A stretch of DNA of 63,458 bases, filler included, from Octopus bimaculoides (taxonomy: Eukaryota), in the NCBI RefSeq assembly GCF_001194135.2. It is 5 parts of 5 records of this genome, joined end to end, with 100 filler letters (N's around TTAATTAATTAA, not from the genome) between each part and the next. Parts side by side here need not be neighbours in the genome. Positions count along the whole stretch, not along the records: positions 17,811 to 46,279 come from NC_068991.1; positions 46,380 to 57,999 come from NC_068993.1; 3 more parts are not named here. One strand, given 5' to 3'. A program made the position numbers and the translations under genes. Below are positions 37,170 through 49,239 of this stretch, piece by piece. Under the pieces are notes generated by a model. The model saw only the letters and a list, made by a program, of their open reading frames with translations. It was not told where the DNA came from and searched no databases. Numbering within the stretch: the stretch's first letter is position 1; every line of letters begins with the position of its first letter.

Positions 37170-38870
37170 ATTAAGAAATTTAAAGCAAAATCTTGAGATA
37201 TTGAATGAAAAACTTATTAGAAAGACATGTTAAAAGCCAGTGTTAACCAGAAATTTGCTTCTGATCCACAGGTTGTATGCAGAAGGATGAAGAAAATTAT
37301 ATCTTTGTAAAAAGAGCTCTCTTCTTAGGAAGACCTTAAATTATTTTGGCTTTAGATCTGGAAACGAAAGCAAAGATTTTAATCAGAATGCATCATAGTT
37401 GAATACTGTCAAGAAAGAATATTGCTGGAAACCTTACATAATCAAGTTTGAAGCTTTCAAAGAAGCTGGGGTAAACCTGCATAATGGGGATGGCACCAGG
37501 AAATGGACAATGGTAGAAGGTATTGACAATCTACAGAGACTTGCTGATAAGCATATTTCAAAGAACTATGGAAAGCCAGACTGATATGTTCAATTGGTTT
37601 GTCATAGCATGAACAAATCTCAAAATGAAGAATGAAAACACTGACTTGGCAGAAAAACATAGGCCCAATGATTGCCTAACTATTATATACAAACTTTACA
37701 CAAGTTATTTCAACCAATGCCTCCAAGATTATTGCAATCCAACAATAAAGTGGCTGATGAGCAAGTAAAGAAGACAGTGTGAGGATGATGTGCTAAACAA
37801 CTTCTGATAAATAAAGCTGTGTTGTTGTTGTTGGCACTGTCGCTTACGACGTCGAGGGTTCCAGTTGATCTGATCAACGGAACAGCCTGCTCGTGAAATT
37901 AACGTGCAAGTGGCTGAGCACTTCACAGACACGTGTACCCTTAACGTAGTTCCTGGGGATATTCAGCATGACACAGCTGACCCTTTGAATTACAGGCACA
38001 ACAGAAACAGGAAGTAAGAGTGAGAGAAAGTTGTGGTGAAAGAGTACAGCAGGGTTCGCCACCATCCCCTGCTGGAGCCTCATGGAGCCTTTAGGTGGTT
38101 TCGCTCAATAAACACTCACAAAGCTGTGTTATCTGCAGGAAGAAAATCTTGTAGAAATCTTGAGACAGTATGGTTTGATTACAGAAAAGCATTTGATTCT
38201 ATACCTCATTCATGGCTGTCAAAATCAGTGCAGCTAGCAAAAGTACCCGTTACCACTGAAAGGCTCACAAAAACCTGGTCAGCAAATCTTCATACTTGTA
38301 ACTGAAAGTGGAGTGGCTGTCTCTGATGTTTATATTTCAAAGGGAATATTTAAAGGAGACAATCTGTCTGTGCTTCTGTTTATACTAGCACTGAGTACAT
38401 TGCCATTTCTTTCACAAAAACACAGGAATATAGCTAAGAACTACAACAGCAAAAGACATTAATGGAATGTATGTTTTCTTTTTGGACAATTTAATGATTT
38501 TTACCACAAATATTTCCAATGCTGAGAAACAGTTGGATTTAGTAACAACGTTTCTGCTGATATTGGGATGGAATTTGGCCAAAAGAAATGTTCATATTTG
38601 ATAGCTGAATGCAGAAAAACTGTTTTGCAAAACCCAATATCATCAATAGTTTTTCTGTCTCCCTGTACCAAACAAGCGTTACAAATACCTAGATATTGAC
38701 AGAAATATATACAAAAGTGAGTGACCAAAGAATATTATACCAGACTTAAAAGATATCGCAGAGTTTTACTCTTACAGCAAGACAATATCCCACAATACTT
38801 TTGCAGTATCAGGTCATGAATCCTGGATACCCCTCAGCAACTACCTTGAGTGTTGTAACCAGTTCTGTCT
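37170..38870 (+). mobile_element. R4/Dong-like LINE RT relic interrupted by a SINE
   Basis: KFASDPQVVCRRMK, DFNQNAS, KQLLINKAV, RNLETVWFDYRKAFDSIPHSWL, GIFKGDNLSVLLFILAL, IGMEFGQKKC and YKYLDI, heavily frameshifted. Confidence 0.8.
37824..38119 (-). mobile_element. SINE family B, 5'-truncated, 11-bp TSD
   Basis: TSD AAAGCTGTGTT at 37813-37823 and 38120-38130. Confidence 0.92.
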
Positions 38871-39029
38871 AAGATGCCAGTTGGTGTAGGGTAAATAATG
38901 CCTTTTGAAAATCACTTCTGTTCCTCCAGGCTTTATGTTCAGAGTGGGAGAAAGAGTTTAAGATTAGTGTAGGCATTCTTTAAGTGTCACATGGTATCAT
39001 CCAGACAGCATCTGTTAAACAACGACAGT

Positions 39030-39260
39030 ATTATCATCATCATAATCATTTAATGTCCATTTCCTATGCTGGCATCGGTTGGGTGGTTTGACAGGAGCTG
39101 GTGAGCCAGAAAACAGCATCAAACTGCAATGTCTTCTTTGGTATGGTTTCTACGATTAGATGCCCTTCCTAACGCCAACTACTTTAGAGAATGTACTGGG
39201 TACTTTTTATGTGGCACCAGCAATAGTAAGGTCACTAATTAACTTACAAGACAAGATCCC
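39030..39260 (-). mobile_element. Family D repeat, degenerate
   Basis: CATCAT...TTTAATGTCC...GATGCCCTTCCTAACGCCAAC. Confidence 0.7.
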
Positions 39261-39880
39261 TGAAGCAAAGGAGAAATAGAACTGAGGGAGGAGGTTTTAA
39301 GCCAGGTGAGGTGAGGTTTAAAATATGATAGAGGAACAGGAACAGGTGTTTTGCTGTGGGGAGATAAAGGTTATATCAGTTGCAACCAAGTGCTCAAAAC
39401 TGATGATAAAACATCTTATGGATTGATAGTGAACTCCTCAAAAAGTAATCACTTCCTGATGAATTCCTATGTAATCCCAGGATAGTTGGATCAGTGCACT
39501 TCAACAAACACCAGGAAAAGAAATACTCAGTATACCAGAAAAATGGTTATGCATAGGTATGTTTCCAGTAAACTTGAGGATGATGCAAATATTTAGATGA
39601 AGCATATGGAGAAGTTAGTTTACCTAACTGCTGGGAATATGTAGTAGAGACTCTGAGAATGTACTGGCATTCTATCAATTATAAATAGATTGGTATTCTA
39701 CCAATTTACCTTCCATGTACTTCATAACTTGAAACTGGAGCTAAGCACCAACTGATATTGTGAGTAAATGTAGGAGCTTCTATGTGATTGCTCAACCTGC
39801 TGGAAATAGTAGCCAAATGTTCTACAAACTGAAAGTTCACTGTCTGAAATAATGAAAGGACAGATAAGATGTTTTCTAAC

Positions 39881-40080
39881 CTTTTACTTGTTTCAGTCAT
39901 TAGACTGCAGCCATGCTGGGGCACTGCCTGGAAGAACTTTTAGGTGAATGAATTGACCCCAGTACTATATTTTTTTAAAGCCTGGTTCGTATTGTATTGG
40001 TCTCATTGGCTGGACCACTAAGTTACAGGGATGTAAACACACCAACACCGGTTGTGAAGCAGTGGTGGGATACACACACA
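39881..40080 (-). mobile_element. SINE family A, 3' half, degenerate
   Basis: TTTTACTTGTTTCAGTCA...GCCATGCTGGGGCAC. Confidence 0.8.
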
Positions 40081-40729
40081 CATATATAAGCACAGGTGTG
40101 GCCAGAACTGTCACATGACTTTTAGAGGCCTCCTGCAACTTTTTGTTTCCTAATTTACACATCTTTTATTCATAGCTATATTTTAATTCTATATGAAATT
40201 CAATATTTCTTGTTACCTTAAAGAACATCTTTAAAAAAGTACAAGTTAAATTTATTTAGGGTTGGAATTATCGTATTATTTCATGTTTAGGAAGGCCAAC
40301 ATTTAATAGGGTTGAATATTTATTCGATGGACTCACAAATATCAGAAGACAAGTATTTCAAAATAACAACTGTGAAGTATAGTTGTCTCAGCTTTTGTAT
40401 GCGAAGAAGTTTATTCAAGAACATTAAAATACTAAAACATTTTCAGTCCAAAACAAAAGCAAACTATTTCAAACTATATATATTTTTGAAAAATAGATGT
40501 GAATGTTCTCAAAGACTTGATAACAGTCGAAAAAGCCTATTTTAAATTCTATATTTCACTGTTAGCTGTTGCAATATTTCGATTGGGTAGACAATTCTAC
40601 AATTCAAACTGTAAAGTTAAAAAAAGCAAAGATGCAAAATATGAAGAATTTCTTACCCTTCTCTGAAATCACGAATTCAAGGGAAGAATAGTACCTTGCA
40701 AAATAAAATAACTCGATCACAAACTAGTC

Positions 40730-41113
40730 GTTGTTGGCACTCCGTCGCTTATGACGTTGAGGGTTCCAGTTGATCCAATCAATGGAACAGCCTGCTCGTG
40801 AAATTAACGTGCAAGTGGCTGAGCACTCCACAGACACGTGTACCCTTAACGTAGTTCTCGGGGAGATTTAGCGTGACACAGTGTGACAAGGCTGACCCTT
40901 TGAATTACAGGCACAACAGAAACAGGAAGTAAGAGTGAGAGAAAGTTGTGGTGGAAGAGTACAGCAGGGTTCGCCACCATCTCCTGCCAGAGCCTCGTGG
41001 AGCTTTAGGTGTTTTCGCTCAATAAACACTCACAATGCCCAGTCTGGGAATCGAAACCACGATTCTATGACCGCGAGTCCGCTGCCCTAACCACTGGACC
41101 ATTGCGCCTCCAC
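40730..41113 (-). mobile_element. SINE family B, full length
   Basis: Near-consensus reverse complement of family B. Confidence 0.93.
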
Positions 41114-41461
41114 TGGTGAAGTTGGTAAAGCAGAGATAAAAACAAGGTTAGCAAGAAGTAGGCCAGTTACTACTGAAGCATCAGAAGACAACAAACAGGT
41201 ATTTAATATTAGCTACAACCACACATATACACAAAAAGAAAAAGGTTACCATTTTTGTCAGTGTAACGAAAAGGCTTGGGAAAAATGTATTTCATAGTAA
41301 AATGATAGGGAGAGAAAAAAAAAATGAGAACACAAATTATCTCCCACATCAAATTGTTTTTTAGGAAAATGATAAATGTGTCAAAAGGTCAAGTAAGCAT
41401 CATCATCATCATTATTAGGCCAAAATTTGAAACAATTATTATTATTATTATTATTATTATT

Positions 41462-42165
41462 AAGGTGGCAAGCTGGTAAAATTGTTAGCATACTGTATGA
41501 AATGCTTGGCAGTACTTCGCCACCCATCGCTACATTCTGAGTTCAAATTCCACTGAGGTTAACTTTGCCTTTCATCCTTTCGGGGTCGATAAATTAAGTA
41601 CCAGTAAAACACTGGGATTGATGTAATCAACTAACCCCCTCCAGACAAATTTCAGGCCTTGTGCCTGTAATAGAAAGGATTATTATTATTTTTATAATTA
41701 TTATTATTATTATTATTATTATTATTTATTAAGACAGCGAGCTGGCCGAATTGTTAGCACACTGAGCAAAATGCTTAGTGGCACTTGTCTTTACCTTCTG
41801 AGTTCAAATTCTGCCATGGTTGACTTTACCTTTCACCCTTACAGGGTTGATTAAATGAGTAGCAGTTGAATACTGGGGTGGATGTAATCGACTTGCCCCC
41901 ACCCCGAAACTTCTGGCTTTGTGCCAAAATTTGAAACAATTATTATTATTATCATTATTAAAGTGGTGAGATGGCAGAATCATTAGCACCATTTTGTTCA
42001 TCTTTATGTTCTGAGTCCAAATATTGCTGAGGACAATTTGGCCTTTCATCATTTTGGGATTGATGAAATAAGTACCAGTTGAGCACTGAGGTCAATGCAA
42101 TTGACTAGTCCCCCTGCACAATTGCTGGCCTTGAGCCAAAATTTGAAACCATTATTATTATTATT
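41462..42165 (+). mobile_element. Three head-to-tail SINE family C copies separated by (TTA)n
   Basis: Heads AAGGTGGCAAGCTGG (41462), AAGACAGCGAGCTGG (~41731) and AAGTGGTGAGATGG (~41961). Each has the TTTCATCC..GGGTCGAT..AAGTACCAG domain. Confidence 0.88.
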
Positions 42166-42184
42166 ATTATTATTATTATGACAT

Positions 42185-42473
42185 TCAAGTGAGATCGTTG
42201 CCAGTGCCGATGGACTGGCTCCTGTGCAGGTGGCATGTAAAACACCATTTCGAGCGTGGCCATGGCCAGTTCCACCTGACTGGCCCTCGTGCCGGTGGCA
42301 CGTAAAACACCCACTACACTCTTGGAGTGGTTGGCGTTAGGAAGGGCATCCAACTGTAGAAACTCTGCCAAATCAGATTGGAGCCTGGTGTAGCCATCCG
42401 CTTCACCAGTCCTCATTCAAATCGTCCAACCCATGCTAGCATGGAAAGCGGACGTTAAACGATGATGATGATG
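42185..42473 (+). mobile_element. Family D retroelement (RTE-like 3' end)
   Basis: Ends CCCATGCTAGCATGGAAAGCGGACGTTAAACGATGATGATG. Confidence 0.85.
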
Positions 42474-42791
42474 ATTATTATTATTATAGCAGCAGCAGCA
42501 AATGTACAAGGTAACAGAGCTAAATGCAAAAGAAAATAAAGTGTTGACAATTGATGGTACTGATATTTAACTGCTGGTTGAAGAAAATATGGAAGAAGCA
42601 AAGAGACATCTTGTATTTCTCAAAGAAAAGTAGAATCTTGTAATAATCAATACACAGCACAGCATTTTCCCTCTGTGACTATGAATTGATTATGCATACA
42701 TTGGTCATACTTAGCTCTGTCTCTTAACACATATTTAACATAGTATTTTATGCATGATTCTTTCTGTCCTAAAAGTTCATTATTAACAATG

Positions 42792-43195
42792 GTGCAGGCA
42801 TGGCGGAATGGTTAAGAGGTTGCTTCCCAACTACATGGTTTCAGGTTCAGTACCACAGCATAGTACTTTGGACAAGTGTTCTTTTTTTTATAGCCCCAGG
42901 CTGACCAAAGCCTTGTGAGTAGATCTGGTAGAGTGAAACTGGAAGGAGTCCATTGTATATGCGTGTGTGTGTGTACAGGTCTGTGTGGGTGTGTGTTTGT
43001 TTGTGTCTACTTGTCTTGATACCAAGTGAGAGTAATGAGTGTCACTGTCATATAACAGTGTAATTCATGACTGACCATATGAAAATATTACTTGCTTGGA
43101 AACAAGTAAGGGTTAGCAACAGGAATGGCACAAGCCAAAGAAAGTCTGCTTCAGTAAACCCAGTGCAAGCAAGGGAAAAATGGAAATTATAATGA
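42792..43195 (+). mobile_element. SINE family E, degenerate
   Basis: A-type head and a tail like 32452-32858. Confidence 0.7.
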
Positions 43196-43199
43196 TTTC

Positions 43200-43560
43200 A
43201 TCATCATCATCATCATCGTTTAACGTCCGCTTTCCATGCTAGCATGGGTTGGACGATTTGACTGAGGACTGGTGAACCAGATGGCTACACTAGGCTCCAA
43301 TCTGATTTGGCAGAGTTTCTACAACTGGATGCCCTTCCTAACGCCAACCACTCCGAGAGTGTGGTGGATGCTTTTACGTGCCACCAGCACGAAGGCCAGT
43401 CAGGCGGTACTGGCAACGGCCACACTCGAAATGGTGTATTTTACGTGCCACCTGCACAGGAGCCAGTCCAGCGGTACTGGCAACGAACTCGCTTGAATGT
43501 CTTTTCACGTGCCACTGGCACAAGTGTCAGGAAGGCAACGTTGGTAACGGTTGCGACGTT
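43200..43560 (-). mobile_element. Family D retroelement, inverted relative to 42185-42473
   Basis: CATCATCGTTTAACGTCCGCTTTCCATGCTAGCATGGG... Confidence 0.87.
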
Positions 43561-43650
43561 GATTTGAAGGAAAATACTGAACAACTAACTAGATATAATA
43601 CATTTCTAAATCTCTCAGAGAGATTTATGCAGTAGCGATACGATGAAATA

Positions 43651-43956
43651 GTTGTATGCTGTCAACTTAATGTGACAGTCCTCTGAAGGGAATAATACTA
43701 CTGTTGGTTAAACCTAGGAAGCTGCACCGCTTCCTGTTGGTCTTAACACATTTCCTGTGTAAACATAAAGACACAGGAAATGTGTCAAGGTTAACAGGAA
43801 GCAGTGCAGTTTCCTAGGTCTAGCCAATAGTAGTATTATTCCCAGGACACAGGAAATGTGTCAAGGCCGACAGGAAGCGGTGCAGCTTCCTAGGTCTAAC
43901 CAACAGTAGTATTATTCCCTTCAGGGGACTGTCACATTAAGTTGACAGCATACAAC
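43651..43956. mobile_element. Fold-back (palindromic) MITE with TA flanks and a duplicated right arm
   Basis: TA-GTTGTATGCTGTCAACTTAATGTGACAGTCC ... GGACTGTCACATTAAGTTGACAGCATACAAC-TA. The arms pair over ~120 bp. Confidence 0.88.
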
Positions 43957-44221
43957 TACTTTAACTGATTAAAAATAGTAATGAGGCAATTTGCTTAACT
44001 AAACCCTTCAAGAACATGCCCCAGTATGGCTGCAGTCTAATGACTGAAGAATATAAAAGATATAAATTACTTAAAATAGTAAGTAATTAGCTCAATATTT
44101 ATCATTCTACAAATATTTTTCTTCTTTTTCTTCTTTTTTTAAATTAACATATAGTACAACTGATTTGAGAAGATACAGTTAACCTGCCTTTTGTTTGCAA
44201 TGTGTACAAAANNNNNNNNNN

Positions 44222-44583
44222 GGTCATAGGATCACGGTTTCGATTCCCAGACCAGGCGTTGTGAGTTTTTATTGAGCGAAAACACCTAAAGCTCCACGAG
44301 GCTCCGGCAGGGGACGGTGGTGAACCCTGCTGTACTCTTTCACCACAACTTTCTCTCACTCTTACTTCCTGTTTCTGTTGTGCCTGTAATTCAAAGGGCC
44401 AGCCTTGTCACACTGTGTCACGCTGAATATCCCCGAGAACTACGTTAAGGGTACACGTGTCTGTGGATTGCTCAGCCACTAGCATGTTAGTTTCACGAGC
44501 CGACTGTTCTGTTGATTGGATCAACTGGAACCCTCGACGTCGTAAGCGACAGAGTGCCAACAACAAATACAAAATCAAATACC
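44222..44583 (+). mobile_element. SINE family B (5' end in gap)
   Basis: Matches 28690-29073. Confidence 0.92.
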
Positions 44584-44811
44584 TTAATTGTATCCTGCTG
44601 TACATCTGGTATCATGTATCTAAATATTTTGGGTCTTTCATGGCTAACTAATTCTTACTTGATCAATATTACCATCATAAACCTGACAGTTCTACACTAC
44701 TTCAATTATTTGAAAATTAATGTCTTTCAATTAATTTTGAAAAGAGAAAATTTGGAGGAATTTGGTAAAATATTTTCCCTTTAGCAATTCTTTTAATGTG
44801 TTTATGAGTGC

Positions 44812-45025
44812 AAAACCTAAGCTCCATGTGGCTCTGGCAGAAGGTAATGGTGAACTTCTGCGAACTCTTTCGCTACAACTTTCTCTCGCTCTTCCCTCCT
44901 GCATCTAACAGCTCACCTGTGACAGACCGGCATCCCATCCAGGTGGGGAACCTATACGCCACTGAAATCAGGAAACCAGCCCTTATGAGCCAGGCATGGC
45001 TCAAGAAGGAACAAACAATAACAAT
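44812..45025 (+). mobile_element. SINE fragment with B middle and M tail
   Basis: AAGCTCCA.G.GGCTC.GGCAG...AACTTTCTCTC, then CACCTGTGACAGACCGGCATCCCATCCAGG tail. Confidence 0.7.
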
Positions 45026-45034
45026 TCTTTTTAA

Positions 45035-45246
45035 TACCAATCCTCCTGAAACTATTCATTGTTCTATGATATAAGCTTCCTTTTTAAAGTGATCTAAATT
45101 AAACCTTCCTTCAAAATTTCATGTTGATTTATGCTCCAAGTTCTAGCTTAATAATGACAAAGCTATTTTACTAAATTCTTCGTTATTTTCAAAATTAATT
45201 GGAACAAAGGCAGTGTATTTCAGCGCAAATAATGGTAACAAAAAAG
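45035..45246 (+). mobile_element. TTAA-flanked MITE family 2
   Basis: Ends GGTAACAAAAAAG-TTAA and is collinear with 24945-25194. Confidence 0.7.
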
Positions 45247-46279
45247 TTAAACTGGCATTTCGAACATAACAAAAGGTTTTTGTATAAAATGATGAAATGC
45301 TTTGATTTCAAATGAACATTCTAAAGCAGGCAATTTTGCACCACACAAACAAAAGCAGTCTCTTGGGAGAGTTGGTAGCAAAAGGTTTAATAAATGTCAG
45401 CTACCCTGTTCTTACAAAAGATATGCTTTGAACTATAACTGAATCTCAATTTCCTAAAACCATCATTCATAGCTATTAAGGTAGCTGGCCCAAGCTAAAG
45501 TTCTCAAAACAATTTCATTTCCTTACATCAAACAATTGATTTTTTACTTGTTTCAGTCACTGAATTGTAGCAATGCTGGGGCACAACCTGGAAGGGTTTA
45601 GTCAAACAAATCAATCCTCAGTACTTACCTTTTTTGAAGCCTGTACTTATTTTATCAGTCTCCGTTGTTGAACTGCTAAGTTGAAGGAACAGACAAACCA
45701 ACACCATTTGTCAAGTGGTGCAAACACAATCACACACACACACACACACTTTTTCTATACATAGAAACTGAAAGAAGCCTGTGTGTATGCAATTATTTAT
45801 GAGTGTGTGTGTGTGTCTTTGTGTCTGTGTTATTACCTTATTAATACTAGTAATAATAGCAATACTTCATTTCTTTAAATTTCTTTCTTGCTCACGATAG
45901 TTTTCTTTTAAACAGAGCAGGACATTTGGAATAAGGAATGAACACAAGCTAATGTAGTGAATATTTTAGAAATAGATGTTAAAATGTTATTTTCAACTGA
46001 AGATCGCAGAGTATGTTAGAGATGCAAAGCATGAAATCAACTGATATTGAAATATATGTTACTTACTGACGTATTCAACACGAAGGTAAGCCTATTTCTC
46101 ATGTGTATCTTTATTGTGAGTTTATGGTGGTTTATGAATCTAAATCTATTTATCTATCTATATATATATATATATCTATATATACATATATATATATATT
46201 TATATATATATATATATATATATATCTATATATACATATATATATATATTTATATATATATATATATATATATATCTAT

Positions 46280-46379
46280 NNNNNNNNNNNNNNNNNNNNN
46301 NNNNNNNNNNNNNNNNNNNNNNNTTAATTAATTAANNNNNNNNNNNNNNNNNNNNNNNNNNNNNNNNNNNNNNNNNNNN
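46280..46379. other. Scaffold-join linker, assembly artefact
   Basis: 44 N + TTAATTAATTAA + 44 N. Confidence 0.95.
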
Positions 46380-46425
<46 letters not shown>

Positions 46426-46527
46426 TGTGTGTGTCTGTGTGTGTGTGAGTGTGTGTATGTATGTATGTATGTATGTGTGTATGGATGTATGTATGGATGG
46501 ATGGATGGATGAATGTATGTATATATA

Positions 46528-46670
46528 TACGACGGGCTTCTTTCAGTTTCCGTTTACCAAATCTACTCTCAAGGTTTTGGTCGGCCCGAGGCTATAGTAG
46601 AAGACACTTGCCCAAGGTGTCACGCATTGGGACTGAACCCGGAAACATGCAGTTGGTAAGCAAGCTACTT
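46528..46670 (-). mobile_element. SINE family A, 5' half
   Basis: Reverse complement of the family A head. Confidence 0.88.
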
Positions 46671-47719
46671 TATTTTAAATTTTGCCATAAAGGCATAACA
46701 TAGAGGAGACACTACAAAACATGTGGGGACATATAACAATTAAAAATATATAAAAATAAAATATGATACTATAAATGACACAAGAAAATTAACATGAAAA
46801 AATAAAATAAAAATATCAAAATCAAAATCTGAAAAAAGAACAGAAAAAATAATTTCACAGAGGGCCAATGGGATCCAGTTGGACCCCAATGAGCATATTT
46901 TGTGCTATAACTGGAAATTTTCAACTCAAAATATATATGTGCATACAGAAACTATTAACAATAAAAGTCATGAGATATAAAATCATTTAAACAAAATATG
47001 TAGAAGTTGCATAACTTCTAAAATTTGCTGTTGTTCCAAGGGACCCTGCCGGCCCACGAAAGGTTAATCTACACAAGTGAGTTTGTGATGACCAAAATAG
47101 TAATTTTGAATGAAGCATGTATAAAATTAGTTTTTAAACATCGAATGGCTATGGAGTGGGGGTCTACCAGAGTAAAATGATATTCTAAGGGATTCATAGA
47201 CAAAAGATGGTTGAGAATCGCTGGTTTATATGTTATATTCTAAACTAAAATAATAAAATGTAATAAAATACAAACTTAAAAACGAGCATTTTCTAGAAAT
47301 ATTACAGCCATTAGAAAAAATCAGTTTATAGTAAGCACAGCTTTTCTCAACTATTATTTTCTTTTTACTGTTAAGTTTGATAATTATCATTATTATCCAA
47401 AATGTCCTACCGACATTAATTATATGTCATTACAACTGAAAGATTACCTCACCGGGAATTATGACTTGTAAAGATTGTGTGCTTGGTATAGAAAGCATAA
47501 TCTCCCTCGCCTAAAAGCGGAAGTGAATGCTTGTCTAATTGTTAATATTTCATCATTTCATTACCTCAGGACATTCTGTAGATTTGAAAATCTAGCGGAA
47601 TTAGAAAAACACTCAAGTGATAGTTATTTATTTATTTATTTATTTAATTATTTATGTAGGTTGTCTGCGATTGTATAAAATAATTTTAAGTTCCTCTAAC
47701 AACTTTTCTCTACTTAACA

Positions 47720-47835
47720 GTCGTCGTCATCTTCGTCATCACCATCGTCATCACCATCGTCATCACCATCGTCATCGTCGTCGTCGTCATCACTACAAAC
47801 ACCATCATCATTATCATCATCATCATCATCATCAC
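47720..47835. repeat. (CAT)n/(CGT)n trinucleotide repeat
   Basis: Direct reading. Confidence 0.9.
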
Positions 47836-47844
47836 CAACACCGT

Positions 47845-47897
47845 CCTTGTGAGTGGATTTGGTAGACGGAAACTGAAAGAAGCCCGTCGTATATATG

Positions 47898-47928
<31 letters not shown>

Positions 47929-48149
47929 ACATATGTTTGTGTGTGTGTGTTTGTCCCCTAAATATCGCTTGACAACCGATGGTGGTGTGTTTACGTCCCC
48001 GTAACTTAGCGGCTCGGCAGAAGAGACCGATAAAATAAGTACTAGGCTTACAAAGAATAAGTCCTGGGGTCGATTTGCTCGACTAAAGGCGGTGCTCCAG
48101 CATGGCCGTAGTCAAATGACTGAAACAAGTAAAAGAGTAAAAGAGTAAA
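47845..48149 (+). mobile_element. SINE family A, 5'-truncated
   Basis: Near-consensus, CpG-intact. Confidence 0.92.
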
Positions 48150-48889
48150 TAAGCATCAATGCTTGATTCTACTTCATTCCCCAAATGGCTTCTGACCGTC
48201 TAGAAAGCACAAATACGACCTACATTTAAAAGACGGTCCGGCTGTTAAACATATAAACATTCTCACTTTCATCACAAAAAGACAAGCTGCTCGGTAGTCA
48301 ATTCCATCCCTGCCACACTCGCTGATACACAATACCACAAGCTAATCGACATTCATGTATCACTTTCCAACACTTCCTACTCGCCTGAGCTCTCAAGTAT
48401 TGTACCACCACAACCCGAAACGCACCCGATGTATCCGAAGCGTTTCTCTCCAACAGCCATCCTTAATATAAATATATCAACTTGTAAGCCCCTTTATCCT
48501 TCGTCTTAACCCCAGCTTCCTGACACTCCCAGTTTGTCCACATTTACAGCCTATAACAACATCGATTTCATTAGCTTCGAAGACTCCACAACTTGCTCAA
48601 AGTATTTTCACAATCTTCGTTTGGCCTCCTAAATCCTAAACTTCTGGAACTCCCTTTAAATATACTTCAAATGAAGTAACAACTATGAAGTTTACCATTT
48701 CGTGTGAGGTTTGGTGTCTGTAATGAAGCTCTGCTGTTAGACAATTTAGTTTCAGAAAAAGAAAAGACTTTCGGAATACTTAAACAAACATACCCCGAAA
48801 TATATAATATATGCTTATTTACATACATACGTTTCATATATACATACATACATACGTACATGCATACTCATGAACACAACCACACACAC

Positions 48890-49000
<111 letters not shown>

Positions 49001-49239
49001 TGTATACATATATTCATACATATACGTGTGTGTGTTTGCGTGTGTTTATATATGTATCTACTACATATGTGAGGAATTCTATCTGTGGGTGTGTTTGTGG
49101 AGTTGTTAGCTAACTCCTCCTACATCGTTTTATCGATTTTGATGAACTTGACACGTGAGTAGAACTCATGTCTGGAAACCTTATGACATACTCAGAATGT
49201 TGAAAAAATCGATATGGCCCCTGGAAGGGATCCTTATAT

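Noticed and set aside
47100-47225. hAT-type MITE ends (also at ~25207, ~28488, ~51220 and ~54640-54800)
   Set aside because: GGTTCTCAAC-like termini were seen, but paired ends and 8-bp TSDs could not be established, so no boundaries are reported.
49138-49180. TTGATGAA...GGAAAC with an internal hairpin
   Set aside because: The geometry does not fit the hammerhead core and there is no second copy in the window.
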